In this document: in pieces, positions 1-14,913 of the stretch
Numbering within the stretch: the stretch's first letter is position 1
How the letters are laid out: every line of letters starts with the position of its first letter
Source of the DNA: Atractiella rhizophila
Lineage: Eukaryota
Length of the DNA stretch: 64,000 nucleotides
Reading direction: 5' to 3'
Assembly (NCBI GenBank): GCA_021432655.1
Contig: MU271236.1
Span: forward strand, 62,001-126,000
Notes under the pieces: generated by a model
Databases searched by the model: none
Seen by the model: the letters and a program-made list of their open reading frames with translations, nothing else
Told to the model about the DNA's origin: nothing
Program-made: the position numbers and the translations under genes

Positions 1-851
1 TCAGTTTTTTGGTCCGGGCTCTCCTCTCGTTCTGAGTGTTTACACATCAGGTCCAACGGATTCGTGAACCTTTTACGGTGAGAGTATACGAAAATCATGC
101 TCGCATCGCACTTGAAAAGGTTGGTCCTTATGCACCCATGTCTTCATAACACCGTTTATGACTCTCTGTACAGAAAGATCTCGGCGAGTACAACCAGTGT
201 CAATCTCAGCTCAAGTTCCTCTATCGTATAGGAATAACCAAAGGTGCTCACCCTATGGAGTTTAAAGCTTACAAGATCCTCTACCTTCTACTCACACGGA
301 ACAAAACCGGTCTGTTTGCCGTTCTTTTACTCAGAGCCTTTGGAGCTGACGATTGGATCAGAACTGAATTCAGAAATCTCGTCACTGACCCCTGAAGATC
401 GAAACGATGCTGGGATAGCCCATGCATTGCAGGTTCAACGAGCGATATCACTGAACAATTATAAGAAACTCTTCGAATTATATGCTATTAACCCGCCACG
501 AATGGGAGGGTATATCATGGATCATTTCGTGACTCGAGAAAGAGTCTACGCCTTGATTACGATCTGCAAATCGTAGGCCCTTCTTTTCCAGTGAGCTCGC
601 CATGTCTGATAGGAAGGTGTAGGTATCCAGTTCTGGCGCTTGATTATGTCCAGCGGTTACTTGCGTTTGAGTCCATTGAACAACTGACAACCTTTCTCGA
701 AGAACGACATGCCCTCATCTATAAAACTCAGCCGACGCCTCTGGGAGGAGGAGGTGAGAGTTGGGGAACCCTCGATTGCAAGATGGCCTATGGCGTCTTG
801 GTGGAGGCTGCAAAGGAGTTCCGAAAGGTCGACCTCAAGGGCCAAATCTAG
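1..851 (+). CDS. THP3: 3' part of SAC3/GANP/THP3 (LENG8-like) PCI-domain protein, spliced
   Basis: Spliced translation gives [28 protein letters not shown]...EFKAYKILY...HALQVQRAISLNNYKKLFELY...MDHF and ends VDLKGQI-stop (851), typical of the Thp3/LENG8 C-terminus. The 5' end is outside the window. Confidence 0.85.
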
Positions 852-1594
852 GCGGGGGCTGGGGAACAGGTTCTTTCTTCGCACACACACGCGCAACCGT
901 AAAGGAAGTCTCGGCCCAGGTCTCGCCGTCTCGCTTTTTGTCACGTTGCCTCTTGAGTCAGTTCGCTCGACTTGTCGTGATTCGTTTTTCTTCTGTTCTC
1001 ACTCCGTTATCCTCTTACTCGACTCCTGCTCCGCTTCCCGAGTGGTCCCGAGTGTGCCAGGCCACATCGACCCAGCCTTACCCAAACCGATCCGCCGTGT
1101 TCGAGGCGACGTGTCTTGCTAACTTCTTCCAACCGCCCCTCCCAGTTCTCCTCCAGCTCAACAGGCCCATTTGCGCCGATTTATGCTTCCCTCGGTCGAG
1201 ATCCACCGATTCCGTATTGAGGAATGCTGGATGGATGGTGTAACAAGGATACTTAGTTTCGTGATCGTTTTAGGTAAGGGTACTAACATCTAGGTTCTCG
1301 TATGTTCTGCTGTTGGAGGTGCGCGACTGGGTCATCAGTGGGATATGCATGGGTACATGGGATTACCTCGTTTTCATTTACTCTCTTCTTTGTTGCATCA
1401 GTTCACACTGTTTTTGTCCCTCTGTGGTGTGTATTATTGGATCAGTGATCAGTCGCAGAGTACCTCGTCAGAGGCAATACCATGTCCTGACACTCTCACT
1501 CTCATGAATTCTTTCCAGTGTTGCAAATTCGGCAAGAATCATGGTATAAAACTAATCTTACATTTTAAAGCTGCACCTGCACAACCATCAGGTA

Positions 1595-4500
1595 TCACTT
1601 AGCCTCCTCAATGACCTTCAAACTGAGATCGATGCACTCCTCCGGTCGGGAGAAGATCTTGAGTTTCACTCCAAGCGGTAACTGGTTCTCAGCATTCCAA
1701 ATCCTCGCATAAAACTTCTCCAAAGCCGACATTTGGCCCTCTGTCAGTTCGACGTTCTGAGCGAAGAAGTCCAAAGGGACATGGGCGGTCAATCCTCTGA
1801 CTTCTTGGGATGAGCCGGAGGGATGGGTGATCGTCATGCTGTTGGTTCGTTTTGGGGGTACAGGGGGTGGAGGAGGCTTGGTGGATGCTGGAGGAGGTAA
1901 GGGCGTGGCGTATCCAGGGGGAGAGGCGACGGGCGGTGGTGTGAAGCCTGCGTTGTCAGGATTCGACGCGTTCGAGGTCAAGGAGGCGGGTTTGGCGGGT
2001 TTAGCTGGAGGCGTCGCCGACTTTTGTGCTGTGGGTATTGTAGGCGGTTCTTCATCGATCGGTGTGATGAGGGGAGGAGCGGGAGGAGGAAGGAGTTGGG
2101 CATCCCGGAGAACGTGAGGCGTCGTCACGTCCCGTATGAAGATAGCTGTGCAACCTTTCAATGAAACCCTCCACGATGCAAGGATGAGAGAAACGTACCG
2201 AGGATCCTACCAGCGTACTTGCGAGCGATAGATACGTAGAGTTCGAGGTCGGCCTCCCCCGAATCCCCAACCTGCAGTCTGTTTAGCATTTGCTTCCTAT
2301 GGATGCAAGGAGAAACGACGGACGAGAATGAACTTTGATCCCTTGAACTCTTCGATCGTCGCCTCAAGCGTCGACCTCTTCCTCGCACCGGACTCTTCCA
2401 TCATCCTGGACAAGAACGCCATACCACTGCCATAGCTCTTCATCATCACAGCTCCTTTACACATCGCATTTATCATCAGTTTTACAATCTAGGGAAAAGG
2501 GGGAGGGAATGACGAACCTTGAGGCACGCCGATGCGTTCGAGGAAGGATTGAGTGAACATCCATGCTTCGATTGGACCGTTGGAGACGTAAGCGAATTCT
2601 GCACCTGCTTTCTCGAGCGACTTGTACCACTTCTCCACACCCTATCCACAGTACCACTTCGTCTCAGCGTCTCCACCACGAAAATATGCAGCAAAGGGAA
2701 GGGAAGGTTAACGAACCTCTACAACGACTTCGTCCAAAGGTAGCGCAAATACGTTCCTCATGATGGTCCTAACTCCGGCCAAGACATGAGAGTGTTTGAT
2801 GGTATCATCGATATCCGAAATAACCGTAACTCTCTTCTTCACATCCTTCTCCTTCTGTGTCGCAAGAACAGGGGGTATTCTGACTCTAACATCATTATAT
2901 CCGCTTCTTCCCGCCCTCTTCCTCCTCTCCATCCAATTGCCCCTAGGACCGAGGATCCTGTTCTCTGGAAAATTGAGATCATCAACCATCAGCGCTTCTT
3001 CCCACCTCCTCTTCACCTCTGATCCTTCAGTTGCGTTAGAGTTGCAGACCATCGCCACGTAATCCTCTTCCTCCGTCATCTCAAAAAGGGTCCCGACGAT
3101 TCGGACGCCAATGATTGGTTCTCCATCGGTGGGAAGATTGAGCGTGATTCGGTCTTTGAATAGACCTTCAGCTCCAGTAGGGATAGTTTTCCTGAGCAAC
3201 GGCTCTTTTCCGATAATAGCATCTACAAGAGGGAGTTCCGTATCAGGATTAGCAGCGGTAGCAGTGGAGGCCGATGGAGGTGCGTGGAGTGGCCAGAGTT
3301 CGAGGAAGATGGACCGGTAAGAGAGTTTCTTGGCGAAGAAGGGACGGAGACGGCTAGTCAGATTGAGGTGATAGGTGGGTATCTGAGCGCGCACGGGCTG
3401 CCATACGAACGGGTTCTTCTTTCCATTCTTCGACCCTGGTGGAGGAGGTGGCGCGCGTCGTCCGGACTTTCCAGAAGCAGCAGTGGAGGTGGTCACAGTG
3501 GTGGCGACAGAGGAAGAGGTCGCTGTCGTAGCTGCGGAAGAGGTGGATAAGACAGAAGCAGCGGAGGAACTGGCCTGCCTCCAACTTGCTCCTCCATTGG
3601 ACGCCTCTGAGGCTGGATGATGAGGAGGGGTAACACTGCCAACCTGTTCAGGTTCATCCGTAATGTTTCCATGAGCCAACAACGACTTAGTTCGCTCCTC
3701 GATCTCCTTCCGTTCCAACACGCTCCCCGACCCACCCTTCCCTTCCATCTCCAATTCCAACCCTATTTGTCCCTCCGTATCGGCGTTCACCTCCTCCTCC
3801 TCTTCTGTACCCGGGAGCCGCGGTAAACCGGCGAGAGAGCGGAGGACGCCAAGCGTGATTCGTTGGGAACGGGTGAGCTCGGAGAGTGGGACGTGTTGCT
3901 GGCCGTAGCCGTGGATGAGAAGTTGGAGTTGGAGCGGGTGTTCGAATGTGCCCTCTAGCATAGTTGCAAACTGTGCCACATCATCAGTATCTTCTTCTTC
4001 TTTTGAATTAATAGAGAAAGTCTCATTCTCTCAAGCGTATAGATGAAGGAGAACAAGGGGAGACTCACACCAGGGAGAACAAAAACCTGTTCCTCCTCCC
4101 CACCAGCCTCACTCCACTCCCTCTCCTCCCTCTCCCTCTGCACCCTCAACCTCTCCTTCCTCTCCCTCGAAAAATAATAGCTCGTTCCCTCCGCCGCGCT
4201 CCTCAACATTGGTCTTCCCGCCTCCACGCCCGCCCCTACGTATCCCGCAACCCTCTTCCCTCCCGCGAAAGCGAGCGATCCACCTCGATACGCCAAGTCG
4301 CCCAAATGCCCAGTAAAGGTTTTAGAGGTTGGATTAGGAGCCGCGCGACGGGTGGAATGGAAGTCCATCTCGCGATTCAATTCTTCTTCCTCCATCTCTC
4401 GACTGAGAGCCCGCCCATGTGTCCTCCCTCCACTACCTACGGTGGCCGCAGAGGAAGGAGAGAGGGACGCGGATGGAGAGGGTGTGGATGACGGAGAGGG

Positions 4501-4686
4501 TGTGTTCAGTCGATCCACTTTCCCTCCGGCTGAACGAAGCTTGGAGCCCAGACCGTCTTGACCGCGCGCCGACAGACCCTCGGCGGATTTGGAGAGCACT
4601 TTGGAGGCGCCGGAGAGCGCGAGCGAGCGGAAGGAGGAAAGGGAGGAGGAGAGGGAGGGAGAGGGTGTCTGTCGTGGTGGTGTCAT
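1595..4686 (-). CDS. APP1: App1-like phosphatidate phosphatase (DUF2183), multi-exon
   Basis: VISDIDDTIKHS catalytic DxDxT motif, then YVSNGPIE-, GDSGEADLELY and IFIRDV motifs, Pro-rich C-terminus. ORF pieces are joined by GT-AG introns. Start ATG inferred. Confidence 0.85.
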
Positions 4687-6070
4687 GTTGGGTGGAAGTT
4701 CGGATGTCACGGTCTGTTCAAATTTGCAAGAAAGTTGAGTCAGCAGTTCTCCATACTGGCTGATAGTAGCACGTTCACTCCAATGAGTAGTACATCGACT
4801 CTGAGCTGAGGGGAAAACGCTCAAAGCCTCGGAGCTTCAGTTGACTATTGGCTGCGGTTGGATACTTGGACAATAGCAAAGCAACGCACCCTTGTCTATC
4901 TCAGTATCTACTAGCAGCCAACTATGAGCTGCTTCTCAGCTGAGTACGTATGGTAAAAAGTACAACTTACAACTATGCACAGCTGTTGGCGCTGTCAGTT
5001 GAACAAATAAGGTTTGATCACTTAAAACCATCATCATCATCATTTCATCTGAAGCAAGCAGATCAAAGTAATTGGGCGAACGCTGAGACGACGGAGTCAT
5101 TTCGATGGAAGTACGTTATTTGTACGACAGCCGTTGCCCACACGAAAGGTTCGTCTTAGCAATCTTTAAACCAAGAGATAAATCCAATCGAATGTGGTTG
5201 CTTCGCAATGGACCTACATTTGAGAAAACATCTGTTTCTCCCATGGTACTCGGTCGCACATATGCTGAAATAAAGCTAGTGGAGTGGAGTGAGGCAGGAG
5301 AGAGAGACAAAGATGACGAGAGGACCATAGGCCACATCTCATGTCCGACAGATTTCTCTTCCGCTAGTACCTCCTCCCTTTCCACTTTGGACTGGCAACG
5401 TTTACCCGCACGAGCTAAAGAATGGAAGATTGTTGTATTTGTTCTCGATCGATATTGCCTCCACCTCTAATATTTACTCAAGTCGGAGAATGACAATGGC
5501 TGCAAGCGAAGGGAGCTTCGATCACAAATCAAATATAGCGACGAAGGGGAGAAGCGAGACCGCTGCCCAGTTACAAAGAATGCATGATCCCCAACTAGTT
5601 AGAGATAAGTGAAAGTGTCGGCCTTAGTGCGCACTGGCTTATGTTCCTGGGGTATCGGCGAGCGCAGACTAAGGAACTTTTGAGAACCTCGAGCTTTTCC
5701 GCCCAATCTTAAAGTTAGTGTGATGTGCCTTAGCACTTTTACTTCTGAAGAAGTGCGCACAAGTGTCATCTCCATATTTCTAGTGTGATGCGATAGAGAG
5801 TACCATTCAATACTCAGCAATGCGAGTGATCTTGCTCAATATTTCTAGCGGCTAAATGTTGTGCTTTAACACGTTTTGTAATATTTGAGCGTGTATACCT
5901 TCCCCTCGCTGGTTATCCGACAATAACGCCTACTCACACAACTTGAAGTAAATGTTCTCCCGCTCTTACTACCGTATAGCATCGTTCCCTTTGAGGCTAC
6001 CAATAGTTCTGCGTGCCTAAGCGCTGGTCTAAATGACTTGGAAATATGGAATACTTTGTGGAGAGCAAGG

Positions 6071-6077
6071 TATAAAA
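6071..6077 (+). promoter_or_regulatory. TATA box of M43 copy 1 (equivalents at 9348, 12409, 18575, 48001)
   Basis: TATAAAA, CATAAAA or TATATAA lies 60-90 nt upstream of each paralog's ATG; in copies 1-3 it sits within alignable promoter sequence. Confidence 0.75.
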
Positions 6078-6150
6078 GAGGTCGACATCTCTCTGGTTCA
6101 GACAACGCATCGACGTCCACTCCATTTCTGGTCCAGGATATCAAAAAGAG

Positions 6151-7679
6151 ATGGTCTTCAAACTCATCCCTCTCCTCTTCGCTACAGGAGCCCTGGCCGC
6201 ACCCGGCGTTCTGACTGCCCCGTCGATTGTGTGAGTCCACCGTCTGCCCTGCCCCACCTTACTCCCTTATAGACGGTGGAACTGATACGCTTCTTGGCTC
6301 ATAGTCGATGTGGTGCTACGATAACACCTGAACAAGCGGCGCAGGCGAACACCAACTTCTTGCAAGCGCTGCACGATAAGGGTTTGACCATTGATGATTT
6401 TTCCCACGAGGGGAAGAAAGACAGCCCTCTGTCAGCCAGAGCCGTGGAACCCATCAACGTCTGTGCGTACACTAACCGATTTTTACTGGAGTTGTCCAAC
6501 ATTGAAGGAGGATAGACTTCCACAACATATATGCCACGGAGGACACTCAGGGTGGATACCTCACCGATGATGAAATTGACCAACATATGTAGGTCGCATT
6601 CTCTCATCCCTCCGGCGCGGCTCGGACTCACCCAACTTTTTGTCCGGTGTAGAACGACCCTCAACGATCAGATGGCAGCAACAGGAACCTCTTACAATCT
6701 GGTCAGGATTGACAGGACACAGAACGAGGACTGGTTTAATGGAGCCGGGCCGGTTCTAGACGCGGACACTGGAGGCGAGAACGATTTGGCCGTTCAGATG
6801 AAGAATTCCTTGAGGACAGGCGGCCCAGGGGATTTGAACTTGTATACGGTTGCGTTCAGGGTGTGTACATCTCCAAGACACCTCACTTGTTCTGAATTGT
6901 GGACAGGACGGAGGTCTGAATGGATTGCTCGGATACGCGTTCGTCCATCTGCCTGTGCTGAGGACCATCGCTTACTTCAAACCAAAGAACTTTCCCTTGG
7001 GACTATCAAACGGCGCCAGAGTTGGATGGAGTGGTTTATCGCTTTGGTCTGTCGTCTCTTGCCACCTATCCCTTTCCTAAACTGACATCAACCTAGACAC
7101 TGGACCCGGAGGAGCTGGCGCTGTACCGTCTCTTCTTCTTGAGAAGAGTAGCCTTGATTGACTTGGAGAATGACAGCCCTTCGACGAGGGCAAGACCCTC
7201 GCTCACGAGGCTGGACATTGGCTTGGCCTCTTCCATGTCTTCCAAGGAGGATGCGACGAGCCTGGCGGTACATCTTTCTCCATCCTTCCATAAAATAGCG
7301 TGTCCTTAATGAAGAAACAGACTACGTCCCCGATACGCCTCCTCAGTACGTGGCATCATCCGGTTGCCCAGTTGGACAAGACAGCTGTCCTGCACCTGGC
7401 GTCGATAGCGTTGGTCTTCCCTTTCCTTCTCGTGATAATTGCAGGTATTGACTTGTCCGGTACTGGATGTAGATTCATAATTGTAGGTCGTATTACTTTC
7501 TCAAGTGAACCCGACTTGATTGGCGTCATAGACATGGATTACTCGGACGATGCATGTCTGAACGAGTGGACCCAAGGTCAAGTTACAAGACTTACCGCTC
7601 TGTACGCCGATCAACCTCCATTTGTCATGTCGTTGTTAACTTTGGCGGCAGTATCGCTACCTATAGAGGTATAGTCTGA
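6151..7679 (+). CDS. Secreted M43 (pappalysin/ulilysin-like) zinc metalloprotease, copy 1, 12 exons
   Basis: Signal peptide [19 protein letters not shown] propeptide, [27 protein letters not shown] zinc motif and IHNYMDYSDD Met-turn, rebuilt across 11 GT-AG introns. Confidence 0.92.
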
Positions 7680-9436
7680 GGGGGAACGAGAAAAATTGAT
7701 GTTTTGTAATCACAAATCTGTTCTGTGACTATCGTTGCAAGGATTGTTGGGATTTTCTATCTTCTGTTCCCTGATCATGGCACTTGAGCAAATGAGAATT
7801 AGTCATTTCATGTGCTTCAGGTCACGAACCAGCACGACTCAAAGTGCTGCGGTTACAGAACCACAAAACTGGTGTAAATGCTTGAGGCAGGTTAGGTACA
7901 ATTTGAACACCACCAAACGACATGTAAGAGTGAATGCTGTGCTATGGAAGCTTATGAAGCCAGCGCGTCAAAGTAAGCGTGCAGGACTGTGAGCAAAACC
8001 AGATACGTCTTTTATTTTAAAGTGGTTATCGAGGTGGTTCGATAGCGTAGTCGCAATTGCAATTTCCCCAGCTTCAAGTTTTGAAATCTGTGAAACCTGA
8101 TAGGCTCACTAGTGGAGCTTACCCATGTCAGGAAGAGCAACCTTCCAAGAGAAGCTGGCCGTGCTAAGGGCCTACCATATCAATTCACGCCACAGGTTAC
8201 AGAGGTAGTAGCCCTTTCAGGCTTGGGAAGTTGTGGGAGATTCCTCGCTTAGTTGAAGTACGGCCATCTTTCCTAGGTGCTCTACTTCCTTCTTCGCGAT
8301 GACTGATTTCATTCCCTCTTGTCTTTCTGCCTGCTTGCACCCGGTCTACCTCGAGCTGAGTTCGTTATTCCGTCGAGTTGAGCCTAATCACAAGTCTCAT
8401 TTCGAATCATCAGTATCGCGCGGTAAGGACAGGCATTGTCAATGGGAGCAAATTGTGCGATCAGTTCATGGCCGTAAAGATATTTTCGCGTTCTCTGAGA
8501 TCACATCAGGGGCAGGGATTGGTGAACATCCCAGTAAATAGTTGCACGCTGCCCTCGTCAGTGCGAAAGGTTTCAAGCGCTTATGAGAATTCGTGTGGTG
8601 ATGATGTGGGAACGACTGGAAGTATCCAGGCTATGAAGATACGCTAGGAGTAGATGACGGTGCGGAGGCCGTCGACCAATATGGGTCTAGGCGTTTGTCC
8701 TGGTCGCTTTGTGCCCCTCTTTTTGCTCTTAGCTTACATTCATCTTAAACTCAGAACCTGGTCATGCGATGAGTCTTTCCCAAATTGTGGAAGGAGAGGT
8801 CGACGAAATTGGGACAGATATTGCCACGCCATTTAGGAATGCATGATGCTCAACTAGTTAAAGACGTGCAGCGTTGATCATTAGGCTCATGGACTTTATG
8901 GACGAATTACACTAGGCAAAGGTTGGCACGCATATTGGATAATTGGATTTGGAAGTCTGAAATCATCCAAATCTGAGAGTTGGCAGATGCGCGTTAGTAC
9001 TTTCTGTTTTCTGCAAACGCTGCCGCGGTTAACGCATGCCTCAGGTCAGCTGTTGTTCCATCAGTCCGATGCTACGTGATAGTAAGTATCATTCAATACG
9101 AGCGATCGTGTTCACCATTTCTAGTTATCAGATATTGTGCCTTAATTCCAATATTTGAATATGTATTCCTTCTCACTCTCTGCCCGAAAACGTCCTAACA
9201 CTTGCTCGACAGCACAACTTGAAGGGGATGTCCCGCCGGCTCCTACTGCCATAAACTGCCTTTGGCTTTGGAGCCACCAAGAGTTCTCCATGCCGAAGCA
9301 GTGGTCTATAGACGGTCTAGAAAAGTGGAATACTGTTGAAGGAAAGGCATAAAAGCGCTCCACATATCTCCATCTCAGACAACGCAGCGACGAGCTCTTT
9401 TCTGCTCTTACTTCCTCTCTTCCGGATTTCAGAGAA

Positions 9437-10936
9437 ATGGTCTTCAAGCTCATCCCTCTCCTCCTCGCCGCTACGGGGGCCCTAGCTGCTCCCAGCGCTC
9501 TGACTGCACCGTCTGTCGAGTCCGTCCACCACGCCCTCCTTCCGACCCCCATAGTGACTTTGTTCTGATACTTCTTTGCACAGTCGATGTGGCACTTCCA
9601 TATCCTCCGAACAAGCGACAGAAGCGGACGCCAATTTCATGCAAGCGTTGCACGATAAGGGATTGACGCTTGATGACTTTTCGCATGAGGTTGAAAGAGA
9701 CATCACTCTGACGACCAGAGCCTTGAATCCCATCAACGTCTGTGCGTACTTTCCCTACTTTACTAGCCTGGAAAATAGCTGAGATGAGGATAGACTTCCA
9801 CAACGTCTTTGCAACGCCTGATGCTGCTGGTGGATTCCTCACCGATGATCAGATATTCAGTCATATGTAGGTCACTTGATGTCCACTGTCTGCGACGGCT
9901 CATTATTCCTGTCTGGTATAGTACGACCTTGAATCGACAGATGGCAGCAACGAGAACTTCTTACAGGCTTGCAGCGATCGATAGGGTGCAGAACCCTGCC
10001 TGGTTCTATGCCGCTGGGCCGGTTCGAAGCACAGGAGCTGAGAACGACTATGCAGTTCAAATGAAGAACTCCCTGAGGAGGGGAGGACCAGGGGACTTGA
10101 ACCTGTATACAGTGGCTTTCAGGGTGCGTATAAGACAATATGCTGTCATCCGGTGTTGAAGGGTAGTTAGGACGGCGGCTTGAGTGGATTGCTCGGATAT
10201 GCGTTCGTTCAGCCTGTGTCTGTTGAGCATGGTTACTAACTTAAAACAAAGAACCTTCCCGTGGAACTTTCAAGGGGCTCCACAATTTGACGGAGTGGTT
10301 TATCGATTTGGTAAGTCATCTCATCACGTCCTTTACTTCATAACTCACACTGATCTAGACACGGGACCTGGAGGATCCGCAGCTGTATGAATTTTGCTCT
10401 CAAAAGTTCTAGTTTCCATTGACTCGGACTTCGACAGCCCTTCAACGAGGGCAAGACGCTTGCTCATGAGGTCGGACATTGGCTTGGTCTCTTGCATGTC
10501 TTCCAAGGAGGATGCAACCAGCCCGGCGGTAGGTTCCTTTACATCCTTCTACGAATTGAATATGGTTGACACAGACACCAGATTACGTCCCTGATACGCC
10601 TCCTCAGTATTCCCCTTCATCTGGTTGCCCAGTTGGAAAAGATACCTGCCCTGAGGCCGGTGTAGATAGCGTATGCCTTCCCTTTCTCCCAAGACAATCG
10701 AAGGGGATTGACTTTGTTGGATAATGTAGATTCACAACTGTGAGTTTGGTGTTCCTGAGGTGTGCTCATCTCATCAATGTGACAGATATGGATTACTCGG
10801 ACGATGCATGCCTGACCGATTGGACCCAAGGTCAAGTTGCTAGACTTAACGCTATGTACGCCGATCGTTCTCCCTTTCTGCAACATTGTCAGCTTACCAT
10901 TTCCACAGGATTGCGACCTATAGAGGTATAATCTGA
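9437..10936 (+). CDS. Secreted M43 metalloprotease, copy 2
   Basis: Same exon structure as copy 1; [11 protein letters not shown] and MDYSDD intact. Confidence 0.92.
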
Positions 10937-12498
10937 GTGGAAAGAGGGAGAATGAGGCAACGCTATGAATATGTACAAGTCTCTTGGGTAACTGTCTACG
11001 CAATGGCTGTTTAAAAATCTTCCATTCTGTAATCTTTGATTCTTTGGCATATTGCAAGCAAATTGGCACAGGAGCTGTTTAGATATGTGGTCTGTTTCGG
11101 CTCAGGAACGGGCGATCGACAGTGCCACGGTAAACCACGGGCTGAAAAACGCGGATTTCTTTGGATTTGAAACCCTTGATGATCGATCATGTCTGCAATC
11201 AAGCTGGATGGAAGTTCAGTAGGGAGGTGGAATTGCGTACTGCACTGAGATAAGTCTTCTGTTTCAGAAGTGGCAGTCGGTTAGGTTGAAGCAACTTGGC
11301 GGCCATATCTTCGAGCTAGATAAATTTCCCCTGTCGGGTTCATAGTAGTGAACTCGAAGTATGAACGGGTAGCCTGTAGTATTGTTGCTTGGTGAATACA
11401 TATTTCAGCGACATCAGAGATTGGTGGAGGATGGCAAAGTCCTTGTTCAGTCGTTCTGCCTTAACAGGGATGCCATCATTCATTCTTGCTACGCGATGAT
11501 GGCAGCATCCATCGCCTACCCTACCCTCGATGTTCGTGTCGACTGTTTGACACTTTCCATGTCGTACACTTGGGTTCTCGTCAGCGTTTTGCGAGTAGTT
11601 GTATCAAGCTGCACATCCAGCTCAAAGATGATCTCCCTAAACATGTCATTCCGACTCTGAAGCTATTTCTAACTAGTTCGGCTGCGTTCACAGTAGCGCG
11701 AAAACTTTCAAGCACAAAGAAATACTTTTCATCAGCTTGGGGTGACTGTCATGCCGTGTCGGGAAGTATTCCTCCCTGATGGCTTCCCTCCTGTATCACT
11801 CTTGGTTTTGCAGGCGTCTGCGACTATCTCATTCTATCTATTTGTCACTAGTGTGAGAAGGTAGAGCAATTGGAATGTACGGACGTAGCGGAAAGAGAGA
11901 CAGATGCCTGTTGTGCAATCCGGCTTAATAACTGCTAGTGAAGGCTTGCATTGCTCTGCGCTAGTGAGCGGGCTAGCATTAATCCACGGGGAACTGTACT
12001 AGGCATGATTAGAACCTTGGAAGGTTCAGGCTTCTACGTCCAATATTGCAGCTGGTGGGGTGCGATTAAATTACCGTTGCTAGTAACCTATGTCCCAGCA
12101 GCTCCATATTTCTAATTTGCTGCGAATAGTGAATACCTTTCATTACCTCACTGTGCTCAATATTTCTAATAGTTGTGGATGTTTGTACTGCGCTGACTTC
12201 CAAATATTTGTGAATGAATACATTCTCACGACTTAGTGGGCTACAACGTTTACCATCGCGCGTCCAACTTACAAACTTGCAGGGGATGTTGCCACCGCTC
12301 AGTCTACTGTACCGCTTGTTATTACTATATTTGAAGCTATGAAAGGTTCTGCATCCCTAAACGGTGGTCTAGATGGTCTAGAAACGTGGAATACCATGGA
12401 GAGCAAGGTATAAAAGCGCCCAACATCCCTCTCTCTTAGACAAGGCATCGACGTGCTCACCTCTTCTTCCTTCCCCTGTCACAGAATATTTCAAAGAA

Positions 12499-14008
12499 AT
12501 GGTCTATAATTTGATCCTTCTCCTCCTCGTCGCGGCAGGAGCCGTAGCCGCACCAAGTGGTCTCATTACACAGACCCTCGAGTACGTTGATACCACTTTC
12601 CTGTTCTACTCTAGCGTCGACCTTTGATCCGACGTGTTGTTGTGCTCCCAGCATCTGTGGTGCTTCGATCACACCTGAACAAGCGGCAAAAGCGGACGCC
12701 GAGTTCATGCAAGCTTTGCATGATAAGGGATTAACCCTTGATGATTTTTCACACGCAACTAAAAATGACAACCCATTGTCAGCTAGGGCCTTGAAGCCCA
12801 TCAATGTTTGTATGTACATTCCGAGTTTAGTGGCAGTCCAAAACTGAGAGCGATAGACTACCACAACATCTATGCAACAGAGGACACGGATGGTGGATAC
12901 CTCACGGATGATGAAATCAACACACATATGTAGGTCATCCTTCACTTGTTGGTCCTGGGACGCTCACCAATTCCGATCTGTCGGGCGCGTAGTACCTCTC
13001 TTAACGATCATATGGGAGCGACGGGAACGTCTTACAATCTTATGGCGATCGATAGGACGCAGAACGCGGACTGGTTCCAAGGTGCTGGACCGGTTCTAGA
13101 CGCAGACACTGGAGGTGAAAACGATTTAGCTGTCCAGATGAAAAATTCTTTGAGAAGAGGCGGTGCGGGAGACTTAAACCTTTATACCGTTGCGTTCAGG
13201 GTGCGTACATCGCCGTGGCACCTCCTTTTTTCTGAATTTTGGACAGGGTAGCGGCCTGAATGGTTTACTGGGATACGCGTTCGTCCACATCTGTGTGCTG
13301 AAGACGATCACTTACTTCAAACCAAAGGACTTTCCCTTGGGACTATCAAGCGGCGCCACAGTTCGATGGAGTGGTTTATCGCTTTGGTCCGCCATCTCTT
13401 CCTTCCCATCCTCTTCTAAACTGACATCAACCTAGACACCGGCCCCGGAGGAGCTGCCGCTGTACCCTCGTTTCTTCCTGAGAAGAGCAGCCTTAATTGA
13501 CTCAAACCGTGACAGCCCTTCAACACGGGGAAGATTCTGGCTCACGAAGCTGGACATTGGCTCGGTCTCTTGCACGTTTTCCAGGGAGGATGTAACGAAC
13601 CTGGCGGTTTGTCTTCTTTCAAAAGTTGAGAAAATTGGGTATGTTAAGAAGTAAACCAGATTACGTCCCAGACACGCCTTCTCAGTCTTCGGCATCTTCC
13701 GGCTGTCCAGTTGGAAAAGATACCTGCCCTGCACCTGGCGCTGATAGTGTACGTCTTCTGATTCCTTTCATAACGAACTCCGAGTATTTACTTGTTTCAT
13801 AGATTCACAACCGTGAGCCTTGTTGTTTTTGATGTACTCAGCTCATAGGCGCGAAAGACATGGATTACTCCGACGATGCATGCCGGACTCAGTGGACGAG
13901 CGGTCAAGTTACAAGACTCAGTGCTGTGTAGGTTCTTTCGTTCTATCTTCACTCCAGTCATTCCCTTACATTCATGACAGCATTGCTACCTATAGAGGTA
14001 TAGTGTGA
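12499..14008 (+). CDS. Secreted M43 metalloprotease, copy 3
   Basis: Same exon structure; [21 protein letters not shown]. Confidence 0.9.
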
Positions 14009-14913
14009 TAACATACACACAAGAGAGCAGGAGTGAAAGTTATGTACCACGCCAATCTGTTTCAGGAACTGTCTTTGCAACGATCGATTGTTGACGTTTT
14101 TCTATCCGTTGTGCCATCCTCTGTTTATGTGCCTTTCCTGATGTTCAGATTGCATAAAAGCAACAGGGTTTGTGGTACGTCTGTTCCTGCTTAAGTGCTG
14201 CAGAGATTTAAGAGATCCGAAGTGTTGTGCACAATCATTACTGGCAGCGGATTTACTCTTGCTGGGATACAGATCTGTTCCTTCTAGCCTTACAGGAATG
14301 GGTGAGTCGGCCCAAATTTTCTTATTCTCAATCAAGGGTAGTATTTGTTGCAGTGCCGCTATTTCACTTTCCTTTCCGAGAGTACCTTTGAGCATAAAAA
14401 ACCGAGCGGTGTAGTTTAAGCAAGTCAGCTATTCCGACTGTGGTGGGGTGGGGTGAGTTCTACAAGTTCTAGCTTCAACTTGAAGTGTCTAAACTGCCAG
14501 TTGGTCTAAATAAGTTACTGGTGTAAAGTCGCATCCCTCTTCAAGAAGTGCGTGCGACAGCTGGGTGTCCTTTTGGTTGCTCTGAGGAGACCACCCTCGA
14601 CGCCGTTAACTATGACTCTAAAGGAATGTCAGAAGCATTCAAAGAATAGATGGACTGAATCGAGTGCAATAATCATCGCTCGACAGCGTCATATCGCCGA
14701 GGTGTTGATTGTGAATTTGGACCTAAAGACAAGATTCTATGCAGTCTGATTGTGTACTATGTAACTCATAACTTCTTCGCTTTTGTACGTCCAATCGTCG
14801 AACACCCCAGCGCAATGGTATTTATTGTATTCTTGCTGAAAGGCGTCAATAGTGAACCTGAACTGCGCAGCTCGGTTCCGACTAATTCTAATGACATCAC
14901 GTGAGTAAGAACA

